Source: Actinomycetota bacterium
GTDB taxonomy: Bacteria; Actinomycetota; Acidimicrobiia; Acidimicrobiales; Aldehydirespiratoraceae
Direction of reading: 5' to 3'
Length of the DNA: 64,000 nt
Assembly (NCBI GenBank): GCA_039188975.1
Contig: JBCCYT010000001.1
Coordinates: 13,130-77,129, forward strand
Both the position numbers and the translations under genes were made by a program. Positions within the stretch are counted from its first letter, which is position 1, and each line of letters opens with the position of its first letter. The notes under the pieces were generated by a model. It was not told the origin of the DNA. It ran no database searches and worked only from the letters and a program-made list of their open reading frames with translations. Shown one piece after another: positions 16,960-26,210 of this stretch.

Positions 16960-17151
16960 TCAGTCGAGCGCGCGAGCAACGTCGCGGAGCCGGCGCTGCG
17001 CAGTGACCAAGCTCCGCTCGATCTCGTGGAGGCGCGACACGATGGGATCGTCTGGATCGATCCCTCGTCGTTCCGCAACGGCGGCCACTCGCTGAGTGAG
17101 GTCGCTGACGACGGTGGTGATGGAGGAGAGTTCAGCGGCGTCGGAATCCAT
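16960..17151 (-). CDS. small hypothetical protein (63 aa, predicted helical)
   Basis: C-terminal part of ORF 16960-17436, from ATG 17151: MDSDAAELSSITTVVSDLTQRVAAVAERRGIDPDDPIVSRLHEIERSLVTAQRRLRDVARALD. The upstream part of the ORF is Arg/Ser/Thr/Pro-rich (non-genic composition). Confidence 0.4.
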   Translation of the reverse strand: MDSDAAELSSITTVVSDLTQRVAAVAERRGIDPDDPIVSRLHEIERSLVTAQRRLRDVARALD

Positions 17152-17209
17152 GCGGCAGTGTGCCCGGAAATCAACCGGGACCGGATCCCCGCAGCGGTAG
17201 CGTGGCGGG

Positions 17210-18499
17210 GTGCTTCGCCGCATCGACCTCCGTGGCTTCGAAGGTGACCTCATCGAGGTCCTTCCCCGGCCTGCGCCGCCGTCCGGTGGTCCCGTCGATG
17301 CGGTGCGAGAGATCCTCGCCGCAGTGGAAGCGCGGGGCGATGCCGCAGTGCGGGAGTACACCCAGCGTTTCGATTCTGTCGACCTCGAGTCGTTGGTCGT
17401 CGACCAGGCCGATCTGGCCGATGCCGTCGATCGCATCGACCCCGCCGTGCGCGATGCCCTGGAGCTGGCGGCCCGACGGGTTGGGACCTACCACGAAGCG
17501 CAGATGCCGTCTGACATCGTGGTGCAGCAGCCAGGCATGTCGATCCGAGGCTTGCACCGACCGGTCGATCGTGCGGCGTGCTACGTACCCGGCGGTCGAG
17601 CCGTGTATCCGTCGACGGTGCTGATGACGGTCGTTCCTGCTCGGGTCGCCGGGGTCGACGAGATCGTCGTGTGCGTCCCGCCGGGGCCGGACGGAAAGGT
17701 TCCCGACGTCGTCTTGGCTGCTGCGTCGATCGCCGGAGCTCACGAGGTCGTGTCGGTGGGCGGCGCCCAGGCCATCGGCGCAGTGGCGTTTGGGACCGAG
17801 TCGGTGAAGCCGGTCGATGTCATCGTTGGTCCCGGGAACGTGTTTGTTGCGCTGGCCAAGCAAGAGGTCGCAGGACGTGTCGGTGTTCCGTCGTCGTTCG
17901 CTGGCCCCTCCGAGGTCGTCGTGGTCGCGGACGGCACCGACCCGGTCGACTACGCCGCCATCGACGTGATTTTGCAAGCCGAACACGGCCCTGACGGCTT
18001 GGCGTGGTTCGTCACCTGGGACGAAGCGGTTGCCGACGCCGTCACCGCATCGATCGAGCGGCTGGTCGCCGACGCGCCCCGCCGTGCCGACATCGAGTCG
18101 ACGCTGTCGTCATCGGGAGTTGTGGTCGTTGCGTCCGGACCGGAGCAGGCCATGGCGGTGTCCAACTTCATTGCGCCGGAACACCTCGAACTGCAAACGG
18201 CCGACAATGAAGCGCTGATCGCCATGGTGCGCCACGCGGGTGCCGTCTTTGCCGGTTCCCACGCACCAGCCTCGCTCGGCGACTACGCCGCGGGGCCGAG
18301 CCATGTCTTGCCCACCAATGGCACCGCCCGCTTCGCGAGCGCCCTGACGGTCCACGACTTCATGAAGGACCTCCACGTCGTCACGGTCGAGCCGGAGGGG
18401 CTCGATGCGCTCGGCGACGCCGTCGAGACGCTGGCGGGTGCGGAGGGGCTCGATGCCCATGCGGCATCGATTCGTTTGCGGCGAGGCGCACGCTCGTGA
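17210..18499 (+). CDS. hisD: histidinol dehydrogenase
   Basis: ORF 17210-18499 (GTG start). Motifs GPGNVFVALAKQEVAG and ILQAEHGPDG. Confidence 0.95.
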   Translation: MLRRIDLRGFEGDLIEVLPRPAPPSGGPVDAVREILAAVEARGDAAVREYTQRFDSVDLESLVVDQADLADAVDRIDPAVRDALELAARRVGTYHEAQMPSDIVVQQPGMSIRGLHRPVDRAACYVPGGRAVYPSTVLMTVVPARVAGVDEIVVCVPPGPDGKVPDVVLAAASIAGAHEVVSVGGAQAIGAVAFGTESVKPVDVIVGPGNVFVALAKQEVAGRVGVPSSFAGPSEVVVVADGTDPVDYAAIDVILQAEHGPDGLAWFVTWDEAVADAVTASIERLVADAPRRADIESTLSSSGVVVVASGPEQAMAVSNFIAPEHLELQTADNEALIAMVRHAGAVFAGSHAPASLGDYAAGPSHVLPTNGTARFASALTVHDFMKDLHVVTVEPEGLDALGDAVETLAGAEGLDAHAASIRLRRGARS

Positions 18500-19566
18500 G
18501 CCGCCCGACACCGCGCGAGTCGGTCGCGCTGATGGCCGGTTACCACTCGCCTCAGATCGACGTCGACGTTCGCCTCAACACCAACGAGAGCCCAGAGCCC
18601 CCGCCGGCCGGCTTCGCCGAGGCGGTCGCGCAGCGTGTGGCATCCATCGACTGGCACCGGTACCCCCAGCGCGCCGCACGCGAACTGCGCCGGCGTATCG
18701 GCTCGACGTACGGCCTCGAACCGGGGCAGGTGTTTGCCGCCAATGGCTCCAACGAGGTTCTCCAGACGCTGCTGTTGACCTTCGGCGGGCCGGGTCGCTC
18801 GGCGGCGATGTTCGAGCCGACCTATGCCCTCCACAGCCACCTGAGCCGCATCACCGGCACGACGGTGCATGAAGGTGAACGTGGTGAGGACTTCTCGCTC
18901 GATCTCGAGGCGGTCGAACGCGTCATCGTCGACCATCGACCCAACATCGTGTTCCTGTGTTCGCCGAACAACCCGACCGGTGTTGTCGATCCGGAATCCG
19001 CTCTCCGCCACACCCTCGAACTCGTCGCCGCTCACGACGGCCTGCTGTGTGTCGACGAGGCCTACGGCCAGTTCTCAGACTTCTCCGCCGTGTCGATGCT
19101 GGGCGATGACGTGCCGTTGGTCGTCAGCCGTACCTACTCCAAGACGTGGGCCATGGCGGCGGTGCGTCTCGGGTATCTCCTCGCACCGACCTGGATTGTC
19201 GACGAACTCGAAAAGGTCGTGCTGCCGTACCACCTCGATGCGATGACCCAGATCGCCGGGGAAGTTGCGCTCGACCATCTCGACGCGATGCACGCCAGAG
19301 TCGCCCGCCTCGTCGAAGAACGCGGCCGGCTCGTTGCGGGACTGTCCGACCTACCGCTCGATGTCTGGCCGTCGGGTGCCAACTTCGTGTTGATTCGCCC
19401 GCAGACGATGGCTGGCCAAGATCTCTGGCACGCCCTCACCGAGCACTCCGTTCTCGTTCGGAACTGCTCGTCGTGGCCGCGTCTCGACGGCTGCCTCCGC
19501 ATCACCATCGGTACGCCCGACGAAGATGATCACCTTCTCGCCGCCCTCTCGGAGATTCTGTCATGA
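18496..19566 (+). CDS. hisC: histidinol-phosphate aminotransferase
   Basis: ORF 18496-19566, with GTGA overlap onto hisD. PLP-lysine region SRTYSKTWAMAAVRLGY. Confidence 0.93.
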   Translation: MSRPTPRESVALMAGYHSPQIDVDVRLNTNESPEPPPAGFAEAVAQRVASIDWHRYPQRAARELRRRIGSTYGLEPGQVFAANGSNEVLQTLLLTFGGPGRSAAMFEPTYALHSHLSRITGTTVHEGERGEDFSLDLEAVERVIVDHRPNIVFLCSPNNPTGVVDPESALRHTLELVAAHDGLLCVDEAYGQFSDFSAVSMLGDDVPLVVSRTYSKTWAMAAVRLGYLLAPTWIVDELEKVVLPYHLDAMTQIAGEVALDHLDAMHARVARLVEERGRLVAGLSDLPLDVWPSGANFVLIRPQTMAGQDLWHALTEHSVLVRNCSSWPRLDGCLRITIGTPDEDDHLLAALSEILS

Positions 19567-20153
19567 CCCGTACTGCGACCTACCAGCGCAACACCAAAGA
19601 GACAGAGATCGACATCGTGCTCGATCTCGACGGATCTGGAACAACCGACATCGAAACGGGCCTACCGTTCTTCAACCACATGCTCGACCAGCTCGGCCGG
19701 CACGGCGGTTTCGATCTGAAAGTCCATGCAGCCGGGGATCTCGACATCGATGCCCACCACACGGTGGAGGATGTCGGGATCGCACTCGGCGAGACGTTCC
19801 GGCAGGCCTGGGGCGACAAGCGCGGGGTTCGCCGCTTCGCGTCCAACACGGTGCCGCTCGACGAGGCGGCGGTCGAGATCATCCTCGACCTGTCCGGACG
19901 GCCCTACATGCACTACGACGTCGAGTTTCCGGGCGAGAAGATTCTTGGTGATCCGCCGTTTGACCCGCAGCTGATCGAGGAGTTCTGGCGCGCGTTCGTC
20001 ATGTCGTCGAGCATCACGCTGCACATCGTCTTGCAGCGAGGCAAGAACACACACCACATCATCGAGGCGAATTTCAAGGGCGTCGCACGGGCGCTGCGCG
20101 ACGCGGTTCGAGTCGAGGGCGAAACACTGCCCTCGACCAAGGGAACGCTCTGA
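19563..20153 (+). CDS. hisB: imidazoleglycerol-phosphate dehydratase
   Basis: ORF 19563-20153, with ATGA overlap onto hisC. Motifs DIDAHHTVEDVGIALG and HHIIEANFKGVARAL. Confidence 0.95.
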   Translation: MTRTATYQRNTKETEIDIVLDLDGSGTTDIETGLPFFNHMLDQLGRHGGFDLKVHAAGDLDIDAHHTVEDVGIALGETFRQAWGDKRGVRRFASNTVPLDEAAVEIILDLSGRPYMHYDVEFPGEKILGDPPFDPQLIEEFWRAFVMSSSITLHIVLQRGKNTHHIIEANFKGVARALRDAVRVEGETLPSTKGTL

Positions 20154-20175
20154 GCAACGCGGACGGGATGACACG

Positions 20176-20805
20176 GTGAGCGACGCGCCCAAGATTGCGA
20201 TCCTCGATTACGGCATCGGGAATCTGCACTCCGCGCACAAGGGCTTTGCCCATGCTGGCGCCGACGCTCGGCTGACCTCGAACCCAACGGAGATCGAGGC
20301 GGCGGACGGCGTGGTGCTACCGGGTGTTGGCGCATTTGGTCCGTGCGTGGAGGCCATCCGTGCCGCGGGGCTCGACGAGGTCGCCCAGGAGCGCATCGAC
20401 GCCGGTGTGCCGTTCTTTGGCATCTGTGTCGGCATGCAGGTCATGTTCGCCAGCTCCGACGAGTCACCGGGCGTGGACGGGCTGGGGGTGTTCGCCGAGA
20501 CGATCCGACTCATTCCCGACACCGTCAAGCGGCCCCAGATGCAATGGAACGTGGTGCGACCAACAGTGCCTGACCATCCCATGTTCGCCGGGCTCGACGA
20601 CGACGCCTGGGTCTACTTCGTGCACAGCTACGCCGCCGACCACGGCCCCGACGTCATCGCCACCTGTGACTACGGAGCCGACCTCGTTGCCGCAGTCGGC
20701 CGAGGCCCGGTGTGGGCTGCGCAATTCCATCCCGAGAAATCAGGGCGCAACGGCGTGCAGATCGTTCGCAACTTCGTCGACGCCGCCCGAAAGGCAACGT
20801 CGTGA
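20176..20805 (+). CDS. hisH: imidazole glycerol phosphate synthase, glutamine amidotransferase subunit
   Basis: ORF 20176-20805. Motif LPGVGAFG, nucleophile elbow FFGICVGMQ, and FHPEKSG. Confidence 0.95.
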   Translation: MSDAPKIAILDYGIGNLHSAHKGFAHAGADARLTSNPTEIEAADGVVLPGVGAFGPCVEAIRAAGLDEVAQERIDAGVPFFGICVGMQVMFASSDESPGVDGLGVFAETIRLIPDTVKRPQMQWNVVRPTVPDHPMFAGLDDDAWVYFVHSYAADHGPDVIATCDYGADLVAAVGRGPVWAAQFHPEKSGRNGVQIVRNFVDAARKATS

Positions 20806-21536
20806 TGCACCTGTTCCCTGCCATCGACCTTCGTGACGGCAAGTGCGTGCGCTTGCACCAGGGCGACTACGCCCAGGAGACCGTCTACGGCGATGACCCG
20901 GTCGCTCAGGCCGAGGCGTTTGCCGAGGCCGGCGCCGGCTGGATTCACGTCGTCGACCTCGACGCGGCCCGAACCGGCGTGCCCGAGAACCGAGCAACCG
21001 TTGCCGCCATCGCGGCGGCGGTCGACGTACCCGTGCAGACCGGTGGCGGCGTTCGCAACCGAGAAGCAGCGCTGGCGCTGTTCGCCGCCGGTGTCGAACG
21101 AGTCGTGATCGGCACCGCCGCGCTCAGCGACCCCGATTTCGTGCGCGATCTCGCCGCCGACCATCGCGTCGCAGTCGGGCTCGATGCAAAGGCAGGCGAG
21201 GTCGCCACCGATGGTTGGTTGGTCGGCAGTGGCCGCACGGTGCTCGATGTCGCCCGCTCGTTCGCCGACGCAGGCGTCGATGCGTTCGTGGTGACCGACA
21301 TCTCCCGCGACGGCACCCTCGAAGGACCCGACCTGGCCGGCTTGCGTGACGTTGTCGAAGCAACGCCCGTCGACGTCATCGCCAGTGGCGGCGTCGGCAC
21401 CCTCGAGGACCTTCGATCACTGACGGAGATCGAAGCCGGAGGCCGGCGCCTCGCGGGCGCGATCACCGGCAAGGCCATCTACGAAGGACGGTTCACCGTC
21501 GCCCAAGGGGCAGCGATGCTGAGAGGTGACGCATGA
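20805..21536 (+). CDS. hisA: ProFAR isomerase (HisA; PriA-type dual specificity cannot be judged)
   Basis: ORF 20712-21536. ATG 20805 ([22 protein letters not shown]) shares one base with the hisH TGA. Motif [13 protein letters not shown]. Confidence 0.9.
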   Translation: MHLFPAIDLRDGKCVRLHQGDYAQETVYGDDPVAQAEAFAEAGAGWIHVVDLDAARTGVPENRATVAAIAAAVDVPVQTGGGVRNREAALALFAAGVERVVIGTAALSDPDFVRDLAADHRVAVGLDAKAGEVATDGWLVGSGRTVLDVARSFADAGVDAFVVTDISRDGTLEGPDLAGLRDVVEATPVDVIASGGVGTLEDLRSLTEIEAGGRRLAGAITGKAIYEGRFTVAQGAAMLRGDA

Positions 21537-22312
21537 CCGTCCGAGCCATCCGAGTGATCCCGTGCCTCGACGTCGACGAAGGTCGCGTGGTCAAGGGCGT
21601 CAACTTCGTCGACATCCGCGATGCAGGCGACCCGGTCGAGCTCGCGGCTCGCTACGACGACCAAGGCGCCGACGAGCTCGTGTTTCTCGACATCACCGCC
21701 TCGTCGGGCGAACGCGACACCACGGTCGAGATGGCCCGAGCGGTTGCCGAACAGGTCTTCATCCCATTCACGATCGGCGGTGGCATCCGTACCGTCGACG
21801 ACGCTCGGCGCCTCCTCATGGCCGGCGCCGACAAGGTCTCGATCAACACCGCCGCGGTCACGCGGCCCGCGCTCGTCGGCGAGATCAGCCGGGAGTTCGG
21901 AGCCCAGTGTTGCGTTGTGGCGATCGACGCTCGGTCGAACGACGACACCGAGTCGGGGTTCGAGGTCTTTACCCATGGCGGCCGGACCCGCACCGGAATC
22001 GACGCTGTCGCGTGGGCGAGAGAGGTCGTCCGGCTCGGCGCTGGCGAAATCCTGCTCACCTCGATGGATCGTGATGGCACAAAGGACGGTTTCGACCTCC
22101 CGCTCACAAGCGCGATCTCTGAAGCGGTCGACGTTCCCGTCATCGCCAGCGGGGGCGTGGGGAACCTGCAACATCTCGTCGATGGCGTGACCGAGGGTGG
22201 CGCCGACGCCGTGCTCGCCGCCAGCATCTTTCACTTCGGCGAACACACGGTCGGCGAGGCGAAGAGGGCGATGCTTGCCGCGGGCGTGACGGTCCGCCCG
22301 CCCGGCGCCTAA
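21533..22312 (+). CDS. hisF: imidazole glycerol phosphate synthase, cyclase subunit
   Basis: ORF 21533-22312, with ATGA overlap onto hisA. Motifs [19 protein letters not shown] and [13 protein letters not shown]. Confidence 0.95.
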   Translation: MTVRAIRVIPCLDVDEGRVVKGVNFVDIRDAGDPVELAARYDDQGADELVFLDITASSGERDTTVEMARAVAEQVFIPFTIGGGIRTVDDARRLLMAGADKVSINTAAVTRPALVGEISREFGAQCCVVAIDARSNDDTESGFEVFTHGGRTRTGIDAVAWAREVVRLGAGEILLTSMDRDGTKDGFDLPLTSAISEAVDVPVIASGGVGNLQHLVDGVTEGGADAVLAASIFHFGEHTVGEAKRAMLAAGVTVRPPGA

Positions 22313-22346
22313 CCGCAGCCAGCGCCCACGCCCGTCGAATGTGCGG

Positions 22347-22958
22347 TCACGCAACCGCTGCCCGTACGGCTTCCTCGACGGGCCCGAGCCGACCCTGGAA
22401 GAAGTGGTCGGCCGCGCCAATGGCGACGATGTCGGTTGCGATCCAACCGTCGGTCGCACGTTCCACGTCGCGGGCGGTTCGGAACTGGTCGCCCGTGGCC
22501 GCGATGAGTGTCTTGGAGCGACCGTCGGACGCCGCCGCGAACGACCCAAAGACCGACAAGACCGGTGCGACGGTGACCCAACGTTCGACACGGGGATCGT
22601 CCACGGACAAGGCCACGTCAGCGCCGAAGGAATAGCCAGCCACCACCAGCGGCTGACCCGGCACGGCGACCGCATCGATCGCAGCGACCAGGTCGAGCTG
22701 CTCAGGCTCTCCGCCACCGTGCTCGCCGGCACTCCCGCCAGTCCCGCGAAAGTCGAACCGCAAGGCCCGATACCCCGCCTCGACGAGCGCCCTGCTGATC
22801 GCAGCCACAACCGAATCGTGGCGCGACCCGCCATACAACGGGTGCGGGTGACACACCACCGCAGCACCGGTCGGATCAGCTCGCGACACCACATCACCCT
22901 CGAGCGACACACCGTCGATCGTCTCGAAGCGAAGGGTCTCCACGTCGACACGTTCCAT
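22347..22958 (-). CDS. alpha/beta hydrolase family protein
   Basis: ORF 22347-22958. Motif VVCHPHPLYGGSRHDSVV and nucleophile elbow VAGYSFGADVAL. The 329-aa plus-strand ORF antisense to it is rejected. Confidence 0.75.
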   Translation of the reverse strand: MERVDVETLRFETIDGVSLEGDVVSRADPTGAAVVCHPHPLYGGSRHDSVVAAISRALVEAGYRALRFDFRGTGGSAGEHGGGEPEQLDLVAAIDAVAVPGQPLVVAGYSFGADVALSVDDPRVERWVTVAPVLSVFGSFAAASDGRSKTLIAATGDQFRTARDVERATDGWIATDIVAIGAADHFFQGRLGPVEEAVRAAVA

Positions 22959-22988
22959 CCCGAAACGGTAGCGGTAGCGTTACCCGCC

Positions 22989-23330
22989 GTGACCAGCGAC
23001 AACCCGCTCCACGACGATCGTCTCCCCGTCAAGATGCTCAACGACCGCATCCTCGTGAAGATCGGGGACGCAGAGGGCGAGCGCCGCAGCAGCGGCGGTA
23101 TTCTCATCCCCGCGACCGCCCAGGTCGGCAAGCGCCTCACGTGGGCCGAAATCGTTGCGGTCGGCCCGAACGTGCGCAACATCGAAGCCGGCGACCAGGT
23201 GCTCTTCAACCCCGAAGACCGCTACGAAGTCGAAGTGCACGGCACCGACTACATCGTGCTCCGCGAACGCGATATCCACGCCGTCGCCGCAGAGCGTCTC
23301 GACGAAGGCTCGACCGGGCTGTATCTCTGA
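22989..23330 (+). CDS. GroES/Cpn10-family protein, divergent, with no adjacent groEL
   Basis: 3' part of ORF 22341-23330. The region MLNDRILVKIGDAEGERRSSGGILIPATAQ...EIVAVGPNV...GDQVLFNPEDRYEVEVHGTDYIVLRERDIHAV lines up with the GroES pattern (L-DR-VLVK, SGGI-IP, VAVG, GD-V-F, Y-I-E-DI-AV). The start is GTG 22989 or ATG 23034. Confidence 0.65.
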   Translation: MTSDNPLHDDRLPVKMLNDRILVKIGDAEGERRSSGGILIPATAQVGKRLTWAEIVAVGPNVRNIEAGDQVLFNPEDRYEVEVHGTDYIVLRERDIHAVAAERLDEGSTGLYL

Positions 23331-23408
23331 CCGCCCTCGTCCGGGCGGCTGTACCTGTGACCGCCCTCGTCCGGGCGGCTGTACCTGTGACCGCCCTCGT
23401 CCGGGCGG
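23319..23408. repeat. three head-to-tail copies of a 30-bp unit, each containing a GC hairpin
   Basis: The unit CTGTAYCTSTGACCGCCCTCGTCCGGGCGG occurs at 23319-23348, 23349-23378 and 23379-23408. The hairpin is CCGCCC-TCGTCC-GGGCGG. The repeats fill the whole convergent spacer between the stops at 23330 and 23409. Confidence 0.95.
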
Positions 23409-24092
23409 CTAGTCGCTCGTTGCGGCGGCAGCCAGATCATCGAGCCACGCCGACCAGTACGCACCCCAGTTCTCGCGAGCTTCGAGATCAGGCAAATCGG
23501 TGTGCTGAATGCCGACTCGCATCCGACCGGATCCCTTGTCCTCGATCGACAGCAGAGCCACACCGACCTCCATGCCGAGCCGCAGTACCTTGGCGGTCGA
23601 TACCGAACGCAACTCGGTGTCGACACCGAGGAACAGATCGGCTCGAACCGAATCATCGACCACGACCCCACGCAACGCAGCAGCGTCACCGAACATCGTC
23701 TTGCTCTTGTTGGCCGCAAACGAACCGTCGCTCAGCTGCCCCGGCACTCGCCGGCCAGTGATGCGCTCCCACCCGATCGTGACCGCCTGACTCCACCAGC
23801 CGTCGAGTCCGTGCTCGTCGGCGAGCCATCGCGCCACGGCCTGGTGCCCCTCCACCGCGCCCGGTGCCGCATCGATCAGGTCGCACCAGGCATTCCAGGT
23901 TCGGCCGGTGTTGTCGACGACGGACGCATTCGGCACCTCCGGTGGATTGGCCCACAGTCGCCCGTCGTGTACGACGCCCGACGTTGGCTCCAGCGACCGG
24001 GTCAGCAGGGCTCGACGGGCGGCCCCGTACTTCTCACCGGTTTTGGCCATGCGGGCCCGAACCTGTTTCTTGAATCGTTCGTTCGTGGTCAT
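23409..24092 (-). CDS. conserved hypothetical protein (N-terminal module possibly DUF4287-like; uncertain)
   Basis: ORF 23409-24092 with genic composition. The segment TGRTWNAWCDLID...GHQAVARWLADEHGLDGWWSQAVTIGWERITG resembles a small conserved bacterial module, but I cannot verify the family. Confidence 0.55.
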   Translation of the reverse strand: MTTNERFKKQVRARMAKTGEKYGAARRALLTRSLEPTSGVVHDGRLWANPPEVPNASVVDNTGRTWNAWCDLIDAAPGAVEGHQAVARWLADEHGLDGWWSQAVTIGWERITGRRVPGQLSDGSFAANKSKTMFGDAAALRGVVVDDSVRADLFLGVDTELRSVSTAKVLRLGMEVGVALLSIEDKGSGRMRVGIQHTDLPDLEARENWGAYWSAWLDDLAAAATSD

Positions 24093-24288
24093 GCTCGTTC
24101 CTCACGCTGTTCGCGCCGTCAACCCGCACCTGGCCGCGCCAACAACTGCAGAAGCGAGTTGATCTCCGTGGCCGATCGAGCACACCAGGGTCCCCTTTGC
24201 CTCGGCGAGCCTCGGTGTGCGGGACCGAGGACGAGGTCAGGCGAGATCGATCGCCTCGGCGGACACTAGCGCAGCGGCACGTGGACCG

Positions 24289-25740
24289 TTACGGATGGAG
24301 CGGGGCACGGCGCTCAGCCCACGGCATGTCAGCTTCGAGCTGAGCCGCCAGCTGCACCAGGAGGTCTTCTCGTCCGTACGCTGCGACGAATTGGAGACCG
24401 ATCGGCAGGCCTGCACGGCTCATGGCAAGGGGCAAAGAGACCGCAGGCTGACCGGTGACGTTGAACGGCTGGGTCAACTGTGAGTAATGCAAGGTGGTGA
24501 GCTGAACGCCCATGAGGTCGGGGTTGTTCGGCGCCATCTCGCCCAGTCGCGGCGCTGGTCGAAGGCAGGTTGGGGTCAAGAGCAGGTCGAAACCGTTATC
24601 GGCCCACCAGGCGGCCGTGTCGCGTCGGAAGGTCATCATCGCTCGCTGCGCGGCGATCACCGCGCCAGGAGCGAATTGGCTGGCGCGCTCGGCGATGAAG
24701 CGGGTCCATGGCTCGACGTCGCGGTCGTCGAGGTCTCGACCAATCTCGGCTGCGATCGCCGCAACCGATGCGGCGGTGCTCGCCGCGAACGCTGGCCCCC
24801 ACGCCGTGATCCGTGACTCGTCGAGCAGGGCCGCCGGGGCGCTTGGCTCCACTCGATGCCCAAGGCCATCGAGCCGAGTTGCGACCTCACGGACGGCGGC
24901 GCGGACGTCATCGTCGATCTCGGTGTTCGTCCGAATCGCGGTATCGAGAAAACCAATGCGTAGGGAACCGACGTCTTGTCGGGCCAGCTCGGCGTAGGGC
25001 GCCGTCGGCGGTGGTGCGATGACGCCGTCGCCGGGTCGAGGGCCGTGGGTTGCGTCGAGAATTGCGGCACTGTCTCGAACGGTGTGGCAAACCACGTGCT
25101 GGACACTGTTGCCCCACTCGTCCATGTACGGCCCCATCGACATTCGGCCCCGACTGGGTTTCAGACCGACCAACCCGCACAGAGCGGCGGGGATACGGAT
25201 CGATCCACCGCCGTCGCTCGCATTCGCGGCGGGGAGTACACCGGCGGCGACCGCTGCAGCGGACCCGCCCGACGATCCACCAGGCCCGTGTTCTCGGTTC
25301 CACGGGTTTCGGGTCGGACCGTACGCAAGCGGCTCGGTCGTTGCGGCGGCACCGAGTTCAGGGGTGTTGGTCCGGCCGAACGACACGAAGCCGGCGGACC
25401 GGTACGCCTCGACGAGGTAGGAGTCGCGGTCGGCCACCGAGCCGTGCGACTTCAACGCGGCGACGCCCTGATGGTGAGGCCGGCCCGCTTCACACGCCCA
25501 GAGATCCTTCATCAGCATCGGCACCCCCGCGAAGGGCCCGGCCGGCACGCCGGTTGCAAGGACCGAGCGGGCATTGCCGCGATGGTCGTGGATGACGGCG
25601 TTGACATCGCCGTTGACCGCGTCGAGTCGTTCGAGCGTCGAGTCGAGCACCTCATCGGCGCTGACGTCGTGCGCGGCGATGGCGGCGGCGAGACCGACGG
25701 CATCGAGTTGGGCGAGCTGAGTCGAGAGGGCGGAGACCAT
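24289..25740 (-). CDS. amidase (amidase-signature family)
   Basis: ORF 24289-25782. AS signature GGSSGGSAAAVAAG. The start is ATG 25740 (MVSALSTQ), or an upstream TTG at 25761 or 25782. Confidence 0.85.
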   Translation of the reverse strand: MVSALSTQLAQLDAVGLAAAIAAHDVSADEVLDSTLERLDAVNGDVNAVIHDHRGNARSVLATGVPAGPFAGVPMLMKDLWACEAGRPHHQGVAALKSHGSVADRDSYLVEAYRSAGFVSFGRTNTPELGAAATTEPLAYGPTRNPWNREHGPGGSSGGSAAAVAAGVLPAANASDGGGSIRIPAALCGLVGLKPSRGRMSMGPYMDEWGNSVQHVVCHTVRDSAAILDATHGPRPGDGVIAPPPTAPYAELARQDVGSLRIGFLDTAIRTNTEIDDDVRAAVREVATRLDGLGHRVEPSAPAALLDESRITAWGPAFAASTAASVAAIAAEIGRDLDDRDVEPWTRFIAERASQFAPGAVIAAQRAMMTFRRDTAAWWADNGFDLLLTPTCLRPAPRLGEMAPNNPDLMGVQLTTLHYSQLTQPFNVTGQPAVSLPLAMSRAGLPIGLQFVAAYGREDLLVQLAAQLEADMPWAERRAPLHP

Positions 25741-25793
25741 CGGGGGAGGGTAGGGGCGCAAACCGACTCGCTCCCAATGCAATCCCTCGTACG

Positions 25794-26210
25794 ATGACGG
25801 GCATGAGTGACGCCCTTGAAGAAGGTCTCGATGTCCAACTCGACTTCGACAAGATCGGCAAGATCGGGCGCGCCGGGCACCAGGTGGTGCCGGTGGTCTT
25901 GCAAGACATCGATTCCGGCGACGTGCTCTTCATCGGCTACGCCAACGAGGAGGCGTACCGCGAGACGCTCGTTCGCGGTTCGGCCGTGCTCTACAGCACC
26001 TCGCGTGAGCAGATCTGGCACAAGGGTGCCACCTCCGGCGACGTCCTCGACCTCGTCGAGGTTGCCGTCAACTGTGAGCAGAACAGTCTGATCTACAAGG
26101 TTCGCAAGGCCGGCACCGGCGTGTGCCACACCAAGAACGCCGAGGGCCAGACTCGACCGACCTGCTACTACCGCTCGGTGGTCGACCCGGACACGCTGCG
26201 GTTCAACTGA
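25794..26210 (+). CDS. hisI: phosphoribosyl-AMP cyclohydrolase
   Basis: ORF 25794-26210. Motifs VVPVVLQD...GYANEEA, IWHKGATSGDVL, NCEQNSLIYKV and GVCHT. Confidence 0.9.
   Translation: MTGMSDALEEGLDVQLDFDKIGKIGRAGHQVVPVVLQDIDSGDVLFIGYANEEAYRETLVRGSAVLYSTSREQIWHKGATSGDVLDLVEVAVNCEQNSLIYKVRKAGTGVCHTKNAEGQTRPTCYYRSVVDPDTLRFN

Noticed and set aside
23319-23411. The three 30-bp direct repeats as a possible mini CRISPR array
   Set aside because: The repeats are contiguous with no spacers, there are only three copies, there are no cas genes in the window, and the unit includes the 3' codons of the adjacent gene.
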